The notes below the pieces were generated by a model. It was not told the DNA's origin and made no database searches. It saw only the letters and a program-made list of their open reading frames with translations. Made by a program: the position numbers and the translations under genes. A DNA stretch of 62,502 nt, filler included. It is 21 parts of 21 records of this genome, joined end to end, with 100 filler letters (N's around TTAATTAATTAA, not from the genome) between each part and the next. Parts side by side here need not be neighbours in the genome. Positions count along the whole stretch, not along the records: positions 33,784 to 35,968 come from SRR36015645_16358; positions 36,069 to 38,494 come from SRR36015645_16583; positions 38,595 to 42,059 come from SRR36015645_16602; positions 42,160 to 44,357 come from SRR36015645_16763; 17 more parts are not named here. The stretch is one strand, 5' to 3'. The first letter of the stretch is position 1. Each line of letters starts with the position of its first letter. Shown piece by piece: positions 33,784-44,457 of this stretch.

Positions 33784-35968
33784 CCTCAAAGACATCTTGG
33801 AGACAATATATGGTGAAAACGCAGTTGTACATATGATGAAAGGAAAAGCTGTCCAACGTGCATTTCGTGGCCATCTTCTAGCCAGTGAGTCACTTACACA
33901 ACAGATAGTTGGGAAGATAATTGATGATGACCCAGAAATTGAGAAAGATGTTCATGAGCTTGAGCAGCTTTACGGGCTGATGAAAGCCAATGAAACTGAC
34001 CTTGATACATTATTGAAGTCCGACTGCATTTCAAGGATGACCAAGGCATTGGATTTAAAAAAGGAGAAGTTATATGCTAGTTCAGAAACTAGCAAACTCT
34101 GGCTTAACTACCAGAGAATGGTAGGACTTGCTCAAGAGCTCATCAAAGCTGATCGCACAGGATCTTGGCAAATACACCTTCACGCAATATCAGAATGCTT
34201 GCCCATATTTGCTGCTGCTGGTCATTCAAACTATCTAAAATCTGCATATCTCTACCTCCAAAAAATGATAGCTCTGGAGAGTGAAAATCCTTTTGTGTTC
34301 CAACAGTTCATGAATGGATTTCATGTCATACGCCGCACTCATCAGTATTGGGCTGGACTGGGCTCTGATTTGGTGATTGAGCAGACTCTAATGCGGTCTC
34401 TAAAGAGCACAGGTGGACTGACCAGAGGAAGCGGTATGACGGAACACCAAAGAGCCCTTTGGACAATGTCTGCTCCAATGTCATCAGCATACAACTATGC
34501 AATGCAGGACTTCAACAACACTGTCTACGCAACAAGTGAGCAGCATAAGGAGGCAGCACCTTCACGCATGGAAAGAGACAAGAATGACTTGGCAAAGCTT
34601 GCAGCCAAGTTTGAACAGCATTCTCCCTTCACAGGAGAAAAGGCCTTGAGAAACATTATTACAGGGATAAATGCTGATGAGGATGTCAATGTACAAGATC
34701 TGTTCCAAGTAGGCAAAGATACAGTCAAACAAATGGAAGGACAAGCTGTCTTTTCTTATAGCTACAAACAGAAAGCTAAAGTCAAGACCCTTGCATCTGC
34801 TCGGGCTGTCAAGGTAACCGATGACCAAACCATCGACCCAGCTCTGTTATTTCAAAGATTCCTGGTAGTATCACAATCTGGAGAACTGTCATTAGATAAT
34901 GTGCTTTGCCATGAACTGTCACCATATCCGCCATCCTTGTTTGAGGCCAAGCATGTTTTACGTAGGCCAGATAAAGCACAATTACTGAAGGCCATTCGCG
35001 AACATGTGTCCTCGTCAGAGGCTGCTGCCCCTGAGACAGTTCCAAAGACTGATCATTATGTTATTGATGGAGGTTCTCTTCTACATCGCTTGAAATGGAC
35101 AGAGGGAAGCACCTATAGTTCCATTGCTGATAATTATGCATCTTTCACAGTTGACCACTATGGCAAAGCATCCGTTGTCTTCGATGGATACACTGGTGAA
35201 CCAAACACAAAAGACAACACACATGAACGTCGCAAAACTAGGATCGCAAATAAGGTAGACATATCGAATGCAACCAAATTTGCTGGGAAAAAAGAAGACT
35301 TTCTCTCAAATGATCTGAACAAACAAGCTCTCATTAAACTAATTGGTGACCGAATGCAACAAAGAGACTGCCACGTAATCCATGCAGAAGGGGATGCAGA
35401 TGTTGATATAGCAAAAACAGCAGTCGCCATGGCATCATTTAAGTCAACAACCCTAATTGGAGAAGACACAGATCTATTGATACTACTTCTCCATTATGCA
35501 GAAGAGGGCTGTTATGACCTTTACTTTCGGTCTGACAAAGACAAGGAGAAAACATATGTGTATGATATCAAGCTTCTGAAGCGCTTATTCAGTGATGACA
35601 TTTGCTCTGATCTGCTGTTTGCCCATGCATTTTCAGGTTGCGATACTACTTCAAGAATATTTGGGGTTGGCAAGAAGTCCGTTTTCCTCAAATTCATCCA
35701 TGGCGACCCTGTGTTACGAGCATGTTCTAGAGTATTTTGTACTCCCAATATGGATCCTGAATCGATAGAAAGTGAAGGCTGCAACGCAATGGTGTCCCTG
35801 TTCAATGGTCAGCAATCGGAGTCTTTGGAATCATTACGCTACAGGTTTCTTTCCAAAAAAGTTTTCACTGCAAAGAGCTTTGTAAAACCTGAAAGACTTC
35901 CACCAACAACCTCTGCTGCAAAACTTCACTCAAGGAGAACTTATTTACAGCTCATGCAGTGGATGTGC
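33784..35968 (+). CDS. Academ (AcademX-type) transposon protein: transposase C-terminal part + XPG/PIN-like nuclease, both ends truncated
   Basis: FAAAGHSNY, SDLVIEQTLMR..GG, IDGGSLLH, VVFDGY, EGDADV, GEDTDL, HAFSGCDTTS..GVGK and LPPT. Confidence 0.78.
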
Positions 35969-36068
35969 NNNNNNNNNNNNNNNNNNNNNNNNNNNNNNNN
36001 NNNNNNNNNNNNTTAATTAATTAANNNNNNNNNNNNNNNNNNNNNNNNNNNNNNNNNNNNNNNNNNNN

Positions 36069-36300
36069 TTTGAAATAGGGCCTATGTTGTAACAAAGGCT
36101 TTTTGTGCATTAGGCTTACAAACATGTAGATTTTGACAATATATACATCTCCATTATATTACTGGTGCACAATCTGAAAATTGGAGTAGGGCCTATGTTG
36201 TAACAAAGGCTTTTTAGTGTATTAGGCTTAGAAACACTGATTTAGATAACTTGACAATACATCTCCATTACTTTAGTGAAACTCATTTTTATGGAGTAGT
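36069..36300. repeat. ~111-bp tandem duplication downstream of the RAG1/Transib-like gene
   Basis: TAGGGCCTATGTTGTAACAAAGGCTTTTT...ATTAGGCTTA...ATACATCTCCATTA occurs twice. Confidence 0.85.
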
Positions 36301-36322
36301 ACACTTACAACAGTTTCTTTTT

Positions 36323-38110
36323 TTATGTTTCGTTACTTTCGTACAACAGTTTCTTTTTTATGTTTCGTATCATACATTTTTTTACATCACCGCCATAAAG
36401 TTGCATACACTTCCTCACAGAAATGTTTGCGTATTCTACACGCTGCTGGTTATAAGCATGTAGCCTTCCATTTGTTGCCCGTATATTCTCTGCGAAGTGG
36501 TACGCAAACATATGAACATAAGGAGTTACCTCCTTTTTGTGATAAATTTCTAAGAATTTACACAGCCATTGTTTACATAATGTTTGTATTTGATGATACA
36601 CATCATCTGAAGCAACATCTTTCGAGAGTTTCGTAACTAACTCATATGTCTCACAAAACGATAGCATGCATTTTGTAATACTTCCTAATTCAGGCATCTT
36701 AGCATCAAGTTCTTTCATTATCTTAACCCTGTCAGTTAGGTTCAAGAACGTTGAGCATGTTACGCCTTCGGATTTGTCACTTACGACTACCTTTCGATTT
36801 AATATTTCACGCAGCGCCCCATTTAATTGAGGGATTTGCTTATTTAGTGCCGCTTTTGCTTTAACATCATTGAAGAGTCTATCAAAGATTCTGAGAATCA
36901 TGTGCATGTCATCAATTAGAATGGTCTCTTGCAAGGAAAAGCTTGTCAGCAATGGGACCCCCTTAACGCTGCATCTTTCGTCTTTAGACAATTTGGTATT
37001 GGATGCAATTAACTGAGCAGTTTGAATTATATCATCCATTGTGCGTGGTGGCCCCATTTGGTACCTGTCCAATTTGTACACTTTGCAGAATATGCAAGCA
37101 TAATCGCTGTTGGCAGAAGCAAGGCCCAAAACAATGAGCAAAAACTTGTAATCAGCGCAGAGATAAAATTTAACTTGGCACTTTATGTTTGGCAAGCCAA
37201 AGTATTTTAAGTGTACAATCTGTCTATCAGCATTTGCTAAAGCATGTTTCAAGTCTTCATTTTCATAACATTCTTGACCATTTATTAATGTTAGAGTTTC
37301 CACATTTGTAACTTTTGGTTCAACCAATTCAATTGTTACATTAATAGCAGTATCTCTTTTCCTATTTACAATAGCCCCATCTGCACTCAACTTGAAACAT
37401 AAACAAACTGACTCATCATCTAAATTAATTTCGCCCGCCTGCTTTAACAAATCTGTGCATATCTCACTCACCGAGCATTCTGCACAATTTTTAGACACAG
37501 TTACGATATGGTCTTCTGCGACAGCAGAGGCATGTTTGCCTCGAGCCTGAATTTTCCGCACACATGGCAACTTGGCTGAAGACACCATGCCACGAAAAGC
37601 ATCATATTGCTTATCCGTCATATTACACTCTAACTTTCTCTTTAGATATTTTGTTGGTGTCTTTTTTGGTGATACAGGTAATATATTCACTTTTCGACGT
37701 TTTTCTTGTTTTTTTGAAACAGTTCCGTCCTTACGCATTTTTTTTGCATTTACGGAATTCTGGAGTTTTTTGCATTTTTTTGTTAAACATGCTTTTTCCT
37801 CCCTTAACTTCTTCACGTTTTCAAGAAGCGAAACAGCAAAAAAACGACAAGTCACTCGCCAAATATATGGCACTCGATTAAGAAAATAATTTTCTTTTTT
37901 CTTGGAACATCTAAGTTGTCGATACTGTGCCTGCCGTGTGTAGATTACCCGTGTCAGTTTTTTTAGTTCATCATTTGTGGGCAATATTTGGCACTTGTAC
38001 GTATTTTCTAAGTCTTTGATAAGGTCATCGACACAATTGCCTGTACATTCGAAGAGCTTTTTAAATGGCAAATTCAACTCCTGCACACTTAACGGCATTG
38101 CGATTTGCAA
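36323..38110 (-). CDS. Transib/RAG1/CMC-like DDE transposase
   Basis: KLSADG (first D), CADYK (second D), CIFC, DDMH, TPYVHMFAYH (HxxxxH) and QQRVE (E). This is the C2C/MH/H4H signature of the Transib-RAG1-CMC group. Confidence 0.75.
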   Translation of the reverse strand: MQIAMPLSVQELNLPFKKLFECTGNCVDDLIKDLENTYKCQILPTNDELKKLTRVIYTRQAQYRQLRCSKKKENYFLNRVPYIWRVTCRFFAVSLLENVKKLREEKACLTKKCKKLQNSVNAKKMRKDGTVSKKQEKRRKVNILPVSPKKTPTKYLKRKLECNMTDKQYDAFRGMVSSAKLPCVRKIQARGKHASAVAEDHIVTVSKNCAECSVSEICTDLLKQAGEINLDDESVCLCFKLSADGAIVNRKRDTAINVTIELVEPKVTNVETLTLINGQECYENEDLKHALANADRQIVHLKYFGLPNIKCQVKFYLCADYKFLLIVLGLASANSDYACIFCKVYKLDRYQMGPPRTMDDIIQTAQLIASNTKLSKDERCSVKGVPLLTSFSLQETILIDDMHMILRIFDRLFNDVKAKAALNKQIPQLNGALREILNRKVVVSDKSEGVTCSTFLNLTDRVKIMKELDAKMPELGSITKCMLSFCETYELVTKLSKDVASDDVYHQIQTLCKQWLCKFLEIYHKKEVTPYVHMFAYHFAENIRATNGRLHAYNQQRVEYANISVRKCMQLYGGDVKKCMIRNIKKKLLYESNET

Positions 38111-38115
38111 ACTAT

Positions 38116-38427
38116 TTACATGCCAGCAAGTTTTTTTCTGTCAAACATCACCTTTAATGAAAAGTAGCATGCACCCACTTTTCTCAGACGCACTTTAAAG
38201 GTTCCTTCTACAATCCGGTTCACGTCCCCTTCGCAGACTACACATTCATCCCAGTTTTCGCCAAGTACAGTGGTCAGCTTTTCGTTCTTATCCAACACGT
38301 ATGTAGCATACTTCGCACTCTCCATTTTTTCAAGAAGAAAATGAACACAATTTTGTTCGGGAACGTTAATACTGAAACTCGCGTGAACGGCTGAACGACG
38401 AAAGCTTTTCAGTTTTTGATGAATCAT
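38116..38427 (-). CDS. Probable N-terminal segment of the Transib/RAG1-like protein, separated by a -1 shift at an A7 run
   Basis: The downstream ORF lacks an early ATG. Its frame opens at 38140 and overlaps this ORF at AGA AAA AAA C. Confidence 0.45.
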   Translation of the reverse strand: MIHQKLKSFRRSAVHASFSINVPEQNCVHFLLEKMESAKYATYVLDKNEKLTTVLGENWDECVVCEGDVNRIVEGTFKVRLRKVGACYFSLKVMFDRKKLAGM

Positions 38428-38660
38428 GGTTTTCAGTTGAAGTGTGATGAAATCGCTGCAATGATTGTCATGGAGTTTCCGTTGCAGAAACTTTNNNNNN
38501 NNNNNNNNNNNNNNNNNNNNNNNNNNNNNNNNNNNNNNTTAATTAATTAANNNNNNNNNNNNNNNNNNNNNNNNNNNNNNNNNNNNNNNNNNNNAAACAA
38601 CAACTACTGGGTCATTCCCAAACACCGGGAGGGTACGAGTCGCCGTGACATGAGTCCAAT

Positions 38661-41600
38661 TCACGGCGAAGTGCTTTGGTAGTCCTTAGGAATTAACAGG
38701 GCAAGACGTTGAACACTCCGGGTCACTATAGTATCCTTTGCCCCTTGATATACGCGAGGCTTGTTACCAACATTGTACTGCTTATAGCGAAGGGTTACCT
38801 TCCTGACCTTTCCATCCGACCCAGGATTAGCTTCCACGACTTCGGCGAGTTTATACTCCCGCTTAAGAGAGTTACTATCAGCTATGAGGACCACGTCTCC
38901 AGGCACGAGGTTCCTGGTGCTGGTGTGCCACTTCGGTTGTATAACTAAAATGGGAGCGACAAGCTCTGTCCACCGTTTCCAAAATTCATCTGTCATGTTT
39001 TGCACAAAAGTGTAGCGAGTATCTAAGGAGGTTGCAGATGTGGCGTCCTGCCAAATACCATCATTACTTGCCTGGTTCCTACCCAACAGCAGGCAGTTAG
39101 GGGTTAGGACACTGATTTCCGAATCAGTCTTGGAAAGAAACCCGATGGGTCGCTCATTAATGAGGTTGGCGGCCTCTGAGAGGACTGTGGTAAACTCTGA
39201 AGGAGTTAAACGTCGATGCTCTACAGCAAATTTAATTGCCTTCTTGGCAACTTTAACTAGCGACTCAACAGCTCCTTGGTGCCACGGACTGTCGGCCGGT
39301 CCAAAAATCCAAGTTGTCCCTTGCTCTGCGGAAGTTGACTTGGCTTGAGCACTTTCTATGCTAGCCCGCAGAGCTTGTAGTTCTCTATCAGCTCCAACTA
39401 GCTGAGAGCCAGGGTCGCTGTAAATTGTAGCAGGCCATCCTCTTATGCTTGCAAAACGTCTCAGTGCTAAGAGGAATGATCCAGTGTCATATCCGAATGC
39501 AGCCTCTATATGAATAGCTCGCATGACAAGGTCAGTGAAGATGATACCATATGCCTTCTGAGAGATGCGCTTCTGTACTTCCCCCCTGACAAGGAAAGGA
39601 CCAAACAAGTCCACCATGGTCTTGTTGAAGGCCATCTCTGGTTTCAGACGATCCAAGGGTAGAGGTGCCATTTTCTGTTCTAACAGTTTGGCCTCGAAAA
39701 GCCTACACTTGAAGCAGTGATGTTTTATTGACTTTGACAGCTTGTCACCATGTGGCGTCCAATATTGTCTCCTAAACAAAGCCAGTGTGGCATCTCTGCC
39801 CCTGTGCCCACTCTCATGAGCTCGCTTCATGAAAAGTCGTGTACCATGGTGGTTGTACGGCAGAATCTTAGGCAAAGTACAGTGAGGAGCCATAGGATTG
39901 TATGCTGACAGTCGTGTTCCAATGACCCAGAAACCATTGCTCTCTTTGGCAGGTGTTAATCTTGCATACTGCCCACCGTTTCTGCCTTTCTTGTCTATTT
40001 TCATTAGTTCATCCTCAATTGTTGCTTGTATGTTTCTAACGACAAATTCTTCTGCATCGCGCAAATCAGATGCGGTGACTAAGTCGCGGCGACCAGCTTT
40101 TAGCGACTTCCCTTTGATAATGTTTTTAACTCTTGCTAATACCCATAACAACTTGTTGATGCTACTATATCTCTTGTAGTCGACAAGTGCTGTAGTCGCA
40201 TTGGCAACATTGGTGGTAAAGAGTTTCTTTTCTCCTGGCAAAGGATCTTTGTCTTCAGAACCGGACTTCAGGCCCCATTCTGCAATGGGACCATAAATAA
40301 TTGATGGCCCATTCCACCACTCGGAATGTTCATCGAGCTTTACAGGTGTGCGCCCACGTGTCAACCAATCGGCAGTGTTGTGTTCACCTGGTAGCCAACA
40401 CCAATCACTCATGTCGCCATTGGTTGCAGACTGGATCTCCCCAATGCGGACCCCTTCGTATACTTTAAACCGTGTGCTGGTTCGATTAATCATCTTGAGC
40501 ACTGTCTCTGAATCTACAATTTGTAACACCCTCTCAAACTGAAATCTCATCTCCTTCTCAATGACCTTCCTACCCCGCTTTGAGAGGACTGCAGCATTGA
40601 GCTCCATTTGCGGAGTTGATAACTTGCGGATGGGTGCAATACGTGACTTCGCCATAATAAGTCTACACCAAAAGGTGCCATCAGCTAATTTCCACCGGAT
40701 GTAGGCGGCAAACCCATAGGCCAAATCACTTGCATCACTGAAGACAACAAGCCAGGGCAGACCAACAGCATTTGGTGGATGAAGTGCACGGGGGAGTACA
40801 AGCTTCTCTAGATCAAACATCGTTGTAAAGAAATAATGCCATTTATCCTTGAGGTCCATGGGAAGTGCATCATCCCACGCAAGATCACGTGTCCAGGTTT
40901 CACGCAAATAAACCTTGGACAAAAGTGTGAAAGGACAAATCAACCCAAGGGGATCGTAGATCTTCATTACCTGTTCCAGTACAATGCGTCTGGTGAGGAC
41001 TGCAGGCAACGAGACAGGCACATCATCCTTTGACAGATTACCTTCTGTCCGAAGACCCCTTTTCTTGGGAGAAAAGTTGAGTGTCACTTGAAACACTATA
41101 ACATCTTGCTCAGGCTTCCAGCCCAGACCCAACACTCTCAAGTTGTCTTCACTGCTTTTCAAAAGCGACAAAGATGTTGCAGTTTCATTACCAGTAGCAT
41201 CAGGTAAAACAGGGGATGCTTCACCACTGAACTGCCAACATTTGACACTGAATCCTCCCTTCTTCAGCATGGCTTCAACTTCACTCGTAACTTTACGGGC
41301 TTGCTCCATGTTGTCAAAGGAATCAATTAGGTCATCGACGTAAGTGGATTTCTCTAAAAGTTCTGCAGCTTCGGGGCTGTCAGGAGAAAACTTGCGGGCT
41401 GTGTGGTAAATAGCCTCTGAGCTAATAGCTGGTGCTGGGGTGTCACCCATGTTAACTCTTTCCATTACATACACATCGGGCTGTTTACTGGGGTCCAGGT
41501 TCCTCCATAGGAAGCGGTGGCAGTGCTGCTCCAGAGGCCTAAGATGAATTGAGTTGAACATCTTTCTGATGTCCCCAACTGCGGCTGCGGGTCCTTCACG

Positions 41601-42059
41601 CCATCGAAGCAGAATCCCCAGTAGACAGTTCATGTAACAATCAGGTCCTTTAGCAAGGCACGAGTTAAGTGAAACCCCTTGGCAGACCTGACTTGAGTTA
41701 AACACTATGCGAACTGGCGTGGATTTGGAGTGGGGATTGACAACTGCCAGATGACTAATGTAATACTTCGGCCCTTTCCAATCGTTCAATTCCTGATCGG
41801 ATAGTTTTCTTGCGACCCCTCTATCTACCATGTCCTTTATTTGAGATTCATACACAGAAGCCCACTCTGGATCCTTTCCGAGTCTTGCTTCTGTGTTTTT
41901 GAGTGTTCCAAAAGCAATAGAGTAATTGTCTGGCAGTGTCCCTGGGTCCACTATCCATGGGTAACTCGTCACCCAGCAAGAGTGCTCTTCATCATAGGTA
42001 AGATTGTCTTTAATTAACTTGAGCTCTTGCTCTTCCTTGAACGAGTAAGTTTGTCCAAC
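38661..42059 (-). CDS. BEL/Pao LTR retrotransposon pol (RT, RNase H, integrase, DUF5641-like tail), 5' truncated
   Basis: GDIRKMF, YVDD, KIYDPLG, FSDAS, MELNAA, NTADWLTRG, HESGH..CFKC, VDLFGP, YSDPG, GAVESLVK and LTPNCLLLG. Confidence 0.95.
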   Translation of the reverse strand, partial: VGQTYSFKEEQELKLIKDNLTYDEEHSCWVTSYPWIVDPGTLPDNYSIAFGTLKNTEARLGKDPEWASVYESQIKDMVDRGVARKLSDQELNDWKGPKYYISHLAVVNPHSKSTPVRIVFNSSQVCQGVSLNSCLAKGPDCYMNCLLGILLRWREGPAAAVGDIRKMFNSIHLRPLEQHCHRFLWRNLDPSKQPDVYVMERVNMGDTPAPAISSEAIYHTARKFSPDSPEAAELLEKSTYVDDLIDSFDNMEQARKVTSEVEAMLKKGGFSVKCWQFSGEASPVLPDATGNETATSLSLLKSSEDNLRVLGLGWKPEQDVIVFQVTLNFSPKKRGLRTEGNLSKDDVPVSLPAVLTRRIVLEQVMKIYDPLGLICPFTLLSKVYLRETWTRDLAWDDALPMDLKDKWHYFFTTMFDLEKLVLPRALHPPNAVGLPWLVVFSDASDLAYGFAAYIRWKLADGTFWCRLIMAKSRIAPIRKLSTPQMELNAAVLSKRGRKVIEKEMRFQFERVLQIVDSETVLKMINRTSTRFKVYEGVRIGEIQSATNGDMSDWCWLPGEHNTADWLTRGRTPVKLDEHSEWWNGPSIIYGPIAEWGLKSGSEDKDPLPGEKKLFTTNVANATTALVDYKRYSSINKLLWVLARVKNIIKGKSLKAGRRDLVTASDLRDAEEFVVRNIQATIEDELMKIDKKGRNGGQYARLTPAKESNGFWVIGTRLSAYNPMAPHCTLPKILPYNHHGTRLFMKRAHESGHRGRDATLALFRRQYWTPHGDKLSKSIKHHCFKCRLFEAKLLEQKMAPLPLDRLKPEMAFNKTMVDLFGPFLVRGEVQKRISQKAYGIIFTDLVMRAIHIEAAFGYDTGSFLLALRRFASIRGWPATIYSDPGSQLVGADRELQALRASIESAQAKSTSAEQGTTWIFGPADSPWHQGAVESLVKVAKKAIKFAVEHRRLTPSEFTTVLSEAANLINERPIGFLSKTDSEISVLTPNCLLLGRNQASNDGIWQDATSATSLDTRYTFVQNMTDEFWKRWTELVAPILVIQPKWHTSTRNLVPGDVVLIADSNSLKREYKLAEVVEANPGSDGKVRKVTLRYKQYNVGNKPRVYQGAKDTIVTRSVQRLALLIPKDYQSTSP

Positions 42060-42159
42060 NNNNNNNNNNNNNNNNNNNNNNNNNNNNNNNNNNNNNNNNN
42101 NNNTTAATTAATTAANNNNNNNNNNNNNNNNNNNNNNNNNNNNNNNNNNNNNNNNNNNN

Positions 42160-42403
42160 CACACTATCCTTTATGGAACCCTTCATGTCACAAGATGGCC
42201 TATGGCATTGGAGGCGAGTAGACAATAAACAGATTGCGTCAAGAAACATGCTGATTATCAAAGATGCCAGTGAAGACACTAAGAAAGAAATAGAAAAGTA
42301 TAGAGTAAAAGATGCCTATTTTCATAAAGGAAGCTTAAGATACTACTGGAGGGCAAGGAGACCCGATAAGAAAACGACATCAATAATACCGTCACTGCAA
42401 TGA
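42160..42403 (+). CDS. Probable 3' end of a LINE ORF1
   Basis: Open from the contig edge, with a stop overlapping the next ORF start (ATGA). No recognisable motif. Confidence 0.35.
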
Positions 42404-44357
42404 ACCAATTAGTCAAACTTCTACTTATCATAATGGCATTAAGCCTTATGTCACTGAATGTGAATGGTATAAAAAACAACGAAAAAAGAACAGAAGTTTT
42501 TGAGTGGCTAAGAAGACAAAAGGCCGACATTATAATGTTACAAGAAACACATTCATCCATACAATCCGAAGAACAATGGAAAATGGAGTGGGGAGGTGAA
42601 GTGTATTTTAGTCATGGATCGTCTCACTCGAGAGGCGTATGCATAATGCTTAAACAACATGAATACAGCATAATAGAAGGACAAGCAGATAATGAAGGAA
42701 GATTAATATGCCTGGACATAAAATGGAATAACGACCACATACGACTATTGAATGCCTACGCTCCTAATATACCCAGTGACAGGAAAAAGTTTATCAAAAC
42801 AGTAGAACAGGCAATGGGAAAGGACGAGGTTATGAATGTGTTGGCGGGAGACATGAATCTGTGTCTCGATCCTCGGAAAGATAGCCTTCATAGAAATTCC
42901 ACACACGATGCTAGCAGATCTACCTTTAAAACTCTTCTGGACGATTTCAACCTACACGATACATGGCGAGATCGTTATCCAGAAACAGGCGGATACACGT
43001 ATCACAATGCATCAAAAACAATTGCAAGTCGAATAGACTACATGTGTGTAGATAATCGCCTAAACACCGCTGTGTCCAACGTAAATTTGACATACTGTCC
43101 ATTTAGTGACCATGATGCTATTTCCATAAGAATTGACTCCCTATTTGGCATTAAGCAAGGACCAGGGAAGTGGGTCTTGAATGATTCCATACTCAGTCAA
43201 ACAGAGTATCAGAACAAAATCATATCATACATTGAAAATTGGAAAACTGCAAAGCCACCCAACATCCGAATGATTGATTGGTGGGACAAATTCAAGAGAA
43301 ATGTCAAAGACATCTCAATAGAATACTGTTATGCAGCCGCAAAGAAAGAAAAACAGCTAAAGAAGAAACTGTTAAAAGATCACAAGCGCCTAACAAAGAA
43401 AATTTATGAAGGGCATAATGAATACTCCGGGCTTCTAGAAAATATAGAAGCTAGAATTAAGGATTTGGAACGGAAACGTACAGAAGGGGACAAGATTCGT
43501 GCGAAAGCGCTTTGGGAACAAGAAGGAGAGCGACCAACAAAATTCTTTGCTGGCCTAGAAAAACAAAGGGCTAAACTGAAGAGCATGTGCAGTATTACAG
43601 GTAGAGATGGCCACCTAAAAACAAACAATCAGAATATTATACAAGAATGCACGGAATTCTATAAATCACTATACACTAGTACACCAATTGACAATGAAAA
43701 AGCGATGCACATTGTAAGCCACTTGGATAAAAGTCTGGATGAAGATCAGAAGGCAATATGCGATCAAGAAATTAACCTCGCTGAATGTGAGATGGCACTT
43801 AAACAGCTAAACGCAGGGAAGACACCAGGGGATGATGGACTCGGTGCACAATTCTTTAAAACTTTCTGGAACTACATCAAGCATGAGTATCTAAAACTAA
43901 TAAATGAGATTTTCCTACTGGAAGATATGTCGGAATCAATGAAAAATGCCCTTATCATTCTGATTTACAAACTAACGGGTATTAAAGAGGAGTTAAAATT
44001 TTGGAGGCCAATCAGTCTTCTAAATAGTGACTATAAAATCCTGGCAAAAATACTGGCTAATAGGTTAAAACATGTGCTTCCGACCATTATCGGTGAAGAA
44101 CAGTCATGTGCGGTTCCAGGAAGAATTATACAGAACAACATATCCATTATGAGGGATGTGATCTCTTATGCAAACAGAGAAAACACCGATATAGGAATTC
44201 TTACTCTAGATGAAGAGAAAGCTTTCGACCGCATTGAATGGCGCTACATTGAAATCTGTCTGGACAAATTCAATTTTGGTCCTGTCTTCAAAAAGTGGAT
44301 CAAGATACTCTACAAAGGGATATCTAGCTCAGTTATGGTCAATGGATGGCAAGGACC
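42400..44357 (+). CDS. L1/Tx1-like LINE ORF2 (APE + RT), 3' truncated. True start may be the ATG at about 42432.
   Basis: SLNVNG, LQETH, NAYAPN, GDMN, SRIDY, SDH, WVLN, TPGDDG, WRPISLLN and DEEKAFDR. Confidence 0.95.
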
Positions 44358-44457
44358 NNNNNNNNNNNNNNNNNNNNNNNNNNNNNNNNNNNNNNNNNNN
44401 NTTAATTAATTAANNNNNNNNNNNNNNNNNNNNNNNNNNNNNNNNNNNNNNNNNNNN

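Noticed and set aside
36069-38494. A ProtoRAG (RAG1L-RAG2L) locus
   Set aside because: No kelch/RAG2-like ORF, RING domain or heptamer-nonamer ends were seen.
13183-42059. Neighbouring helicase, nuclease, transposase and RT genes as one multi-gene or defence system
   Set aside because: Each sits on a separate contig, and each fits a known eukaryotic TE class.
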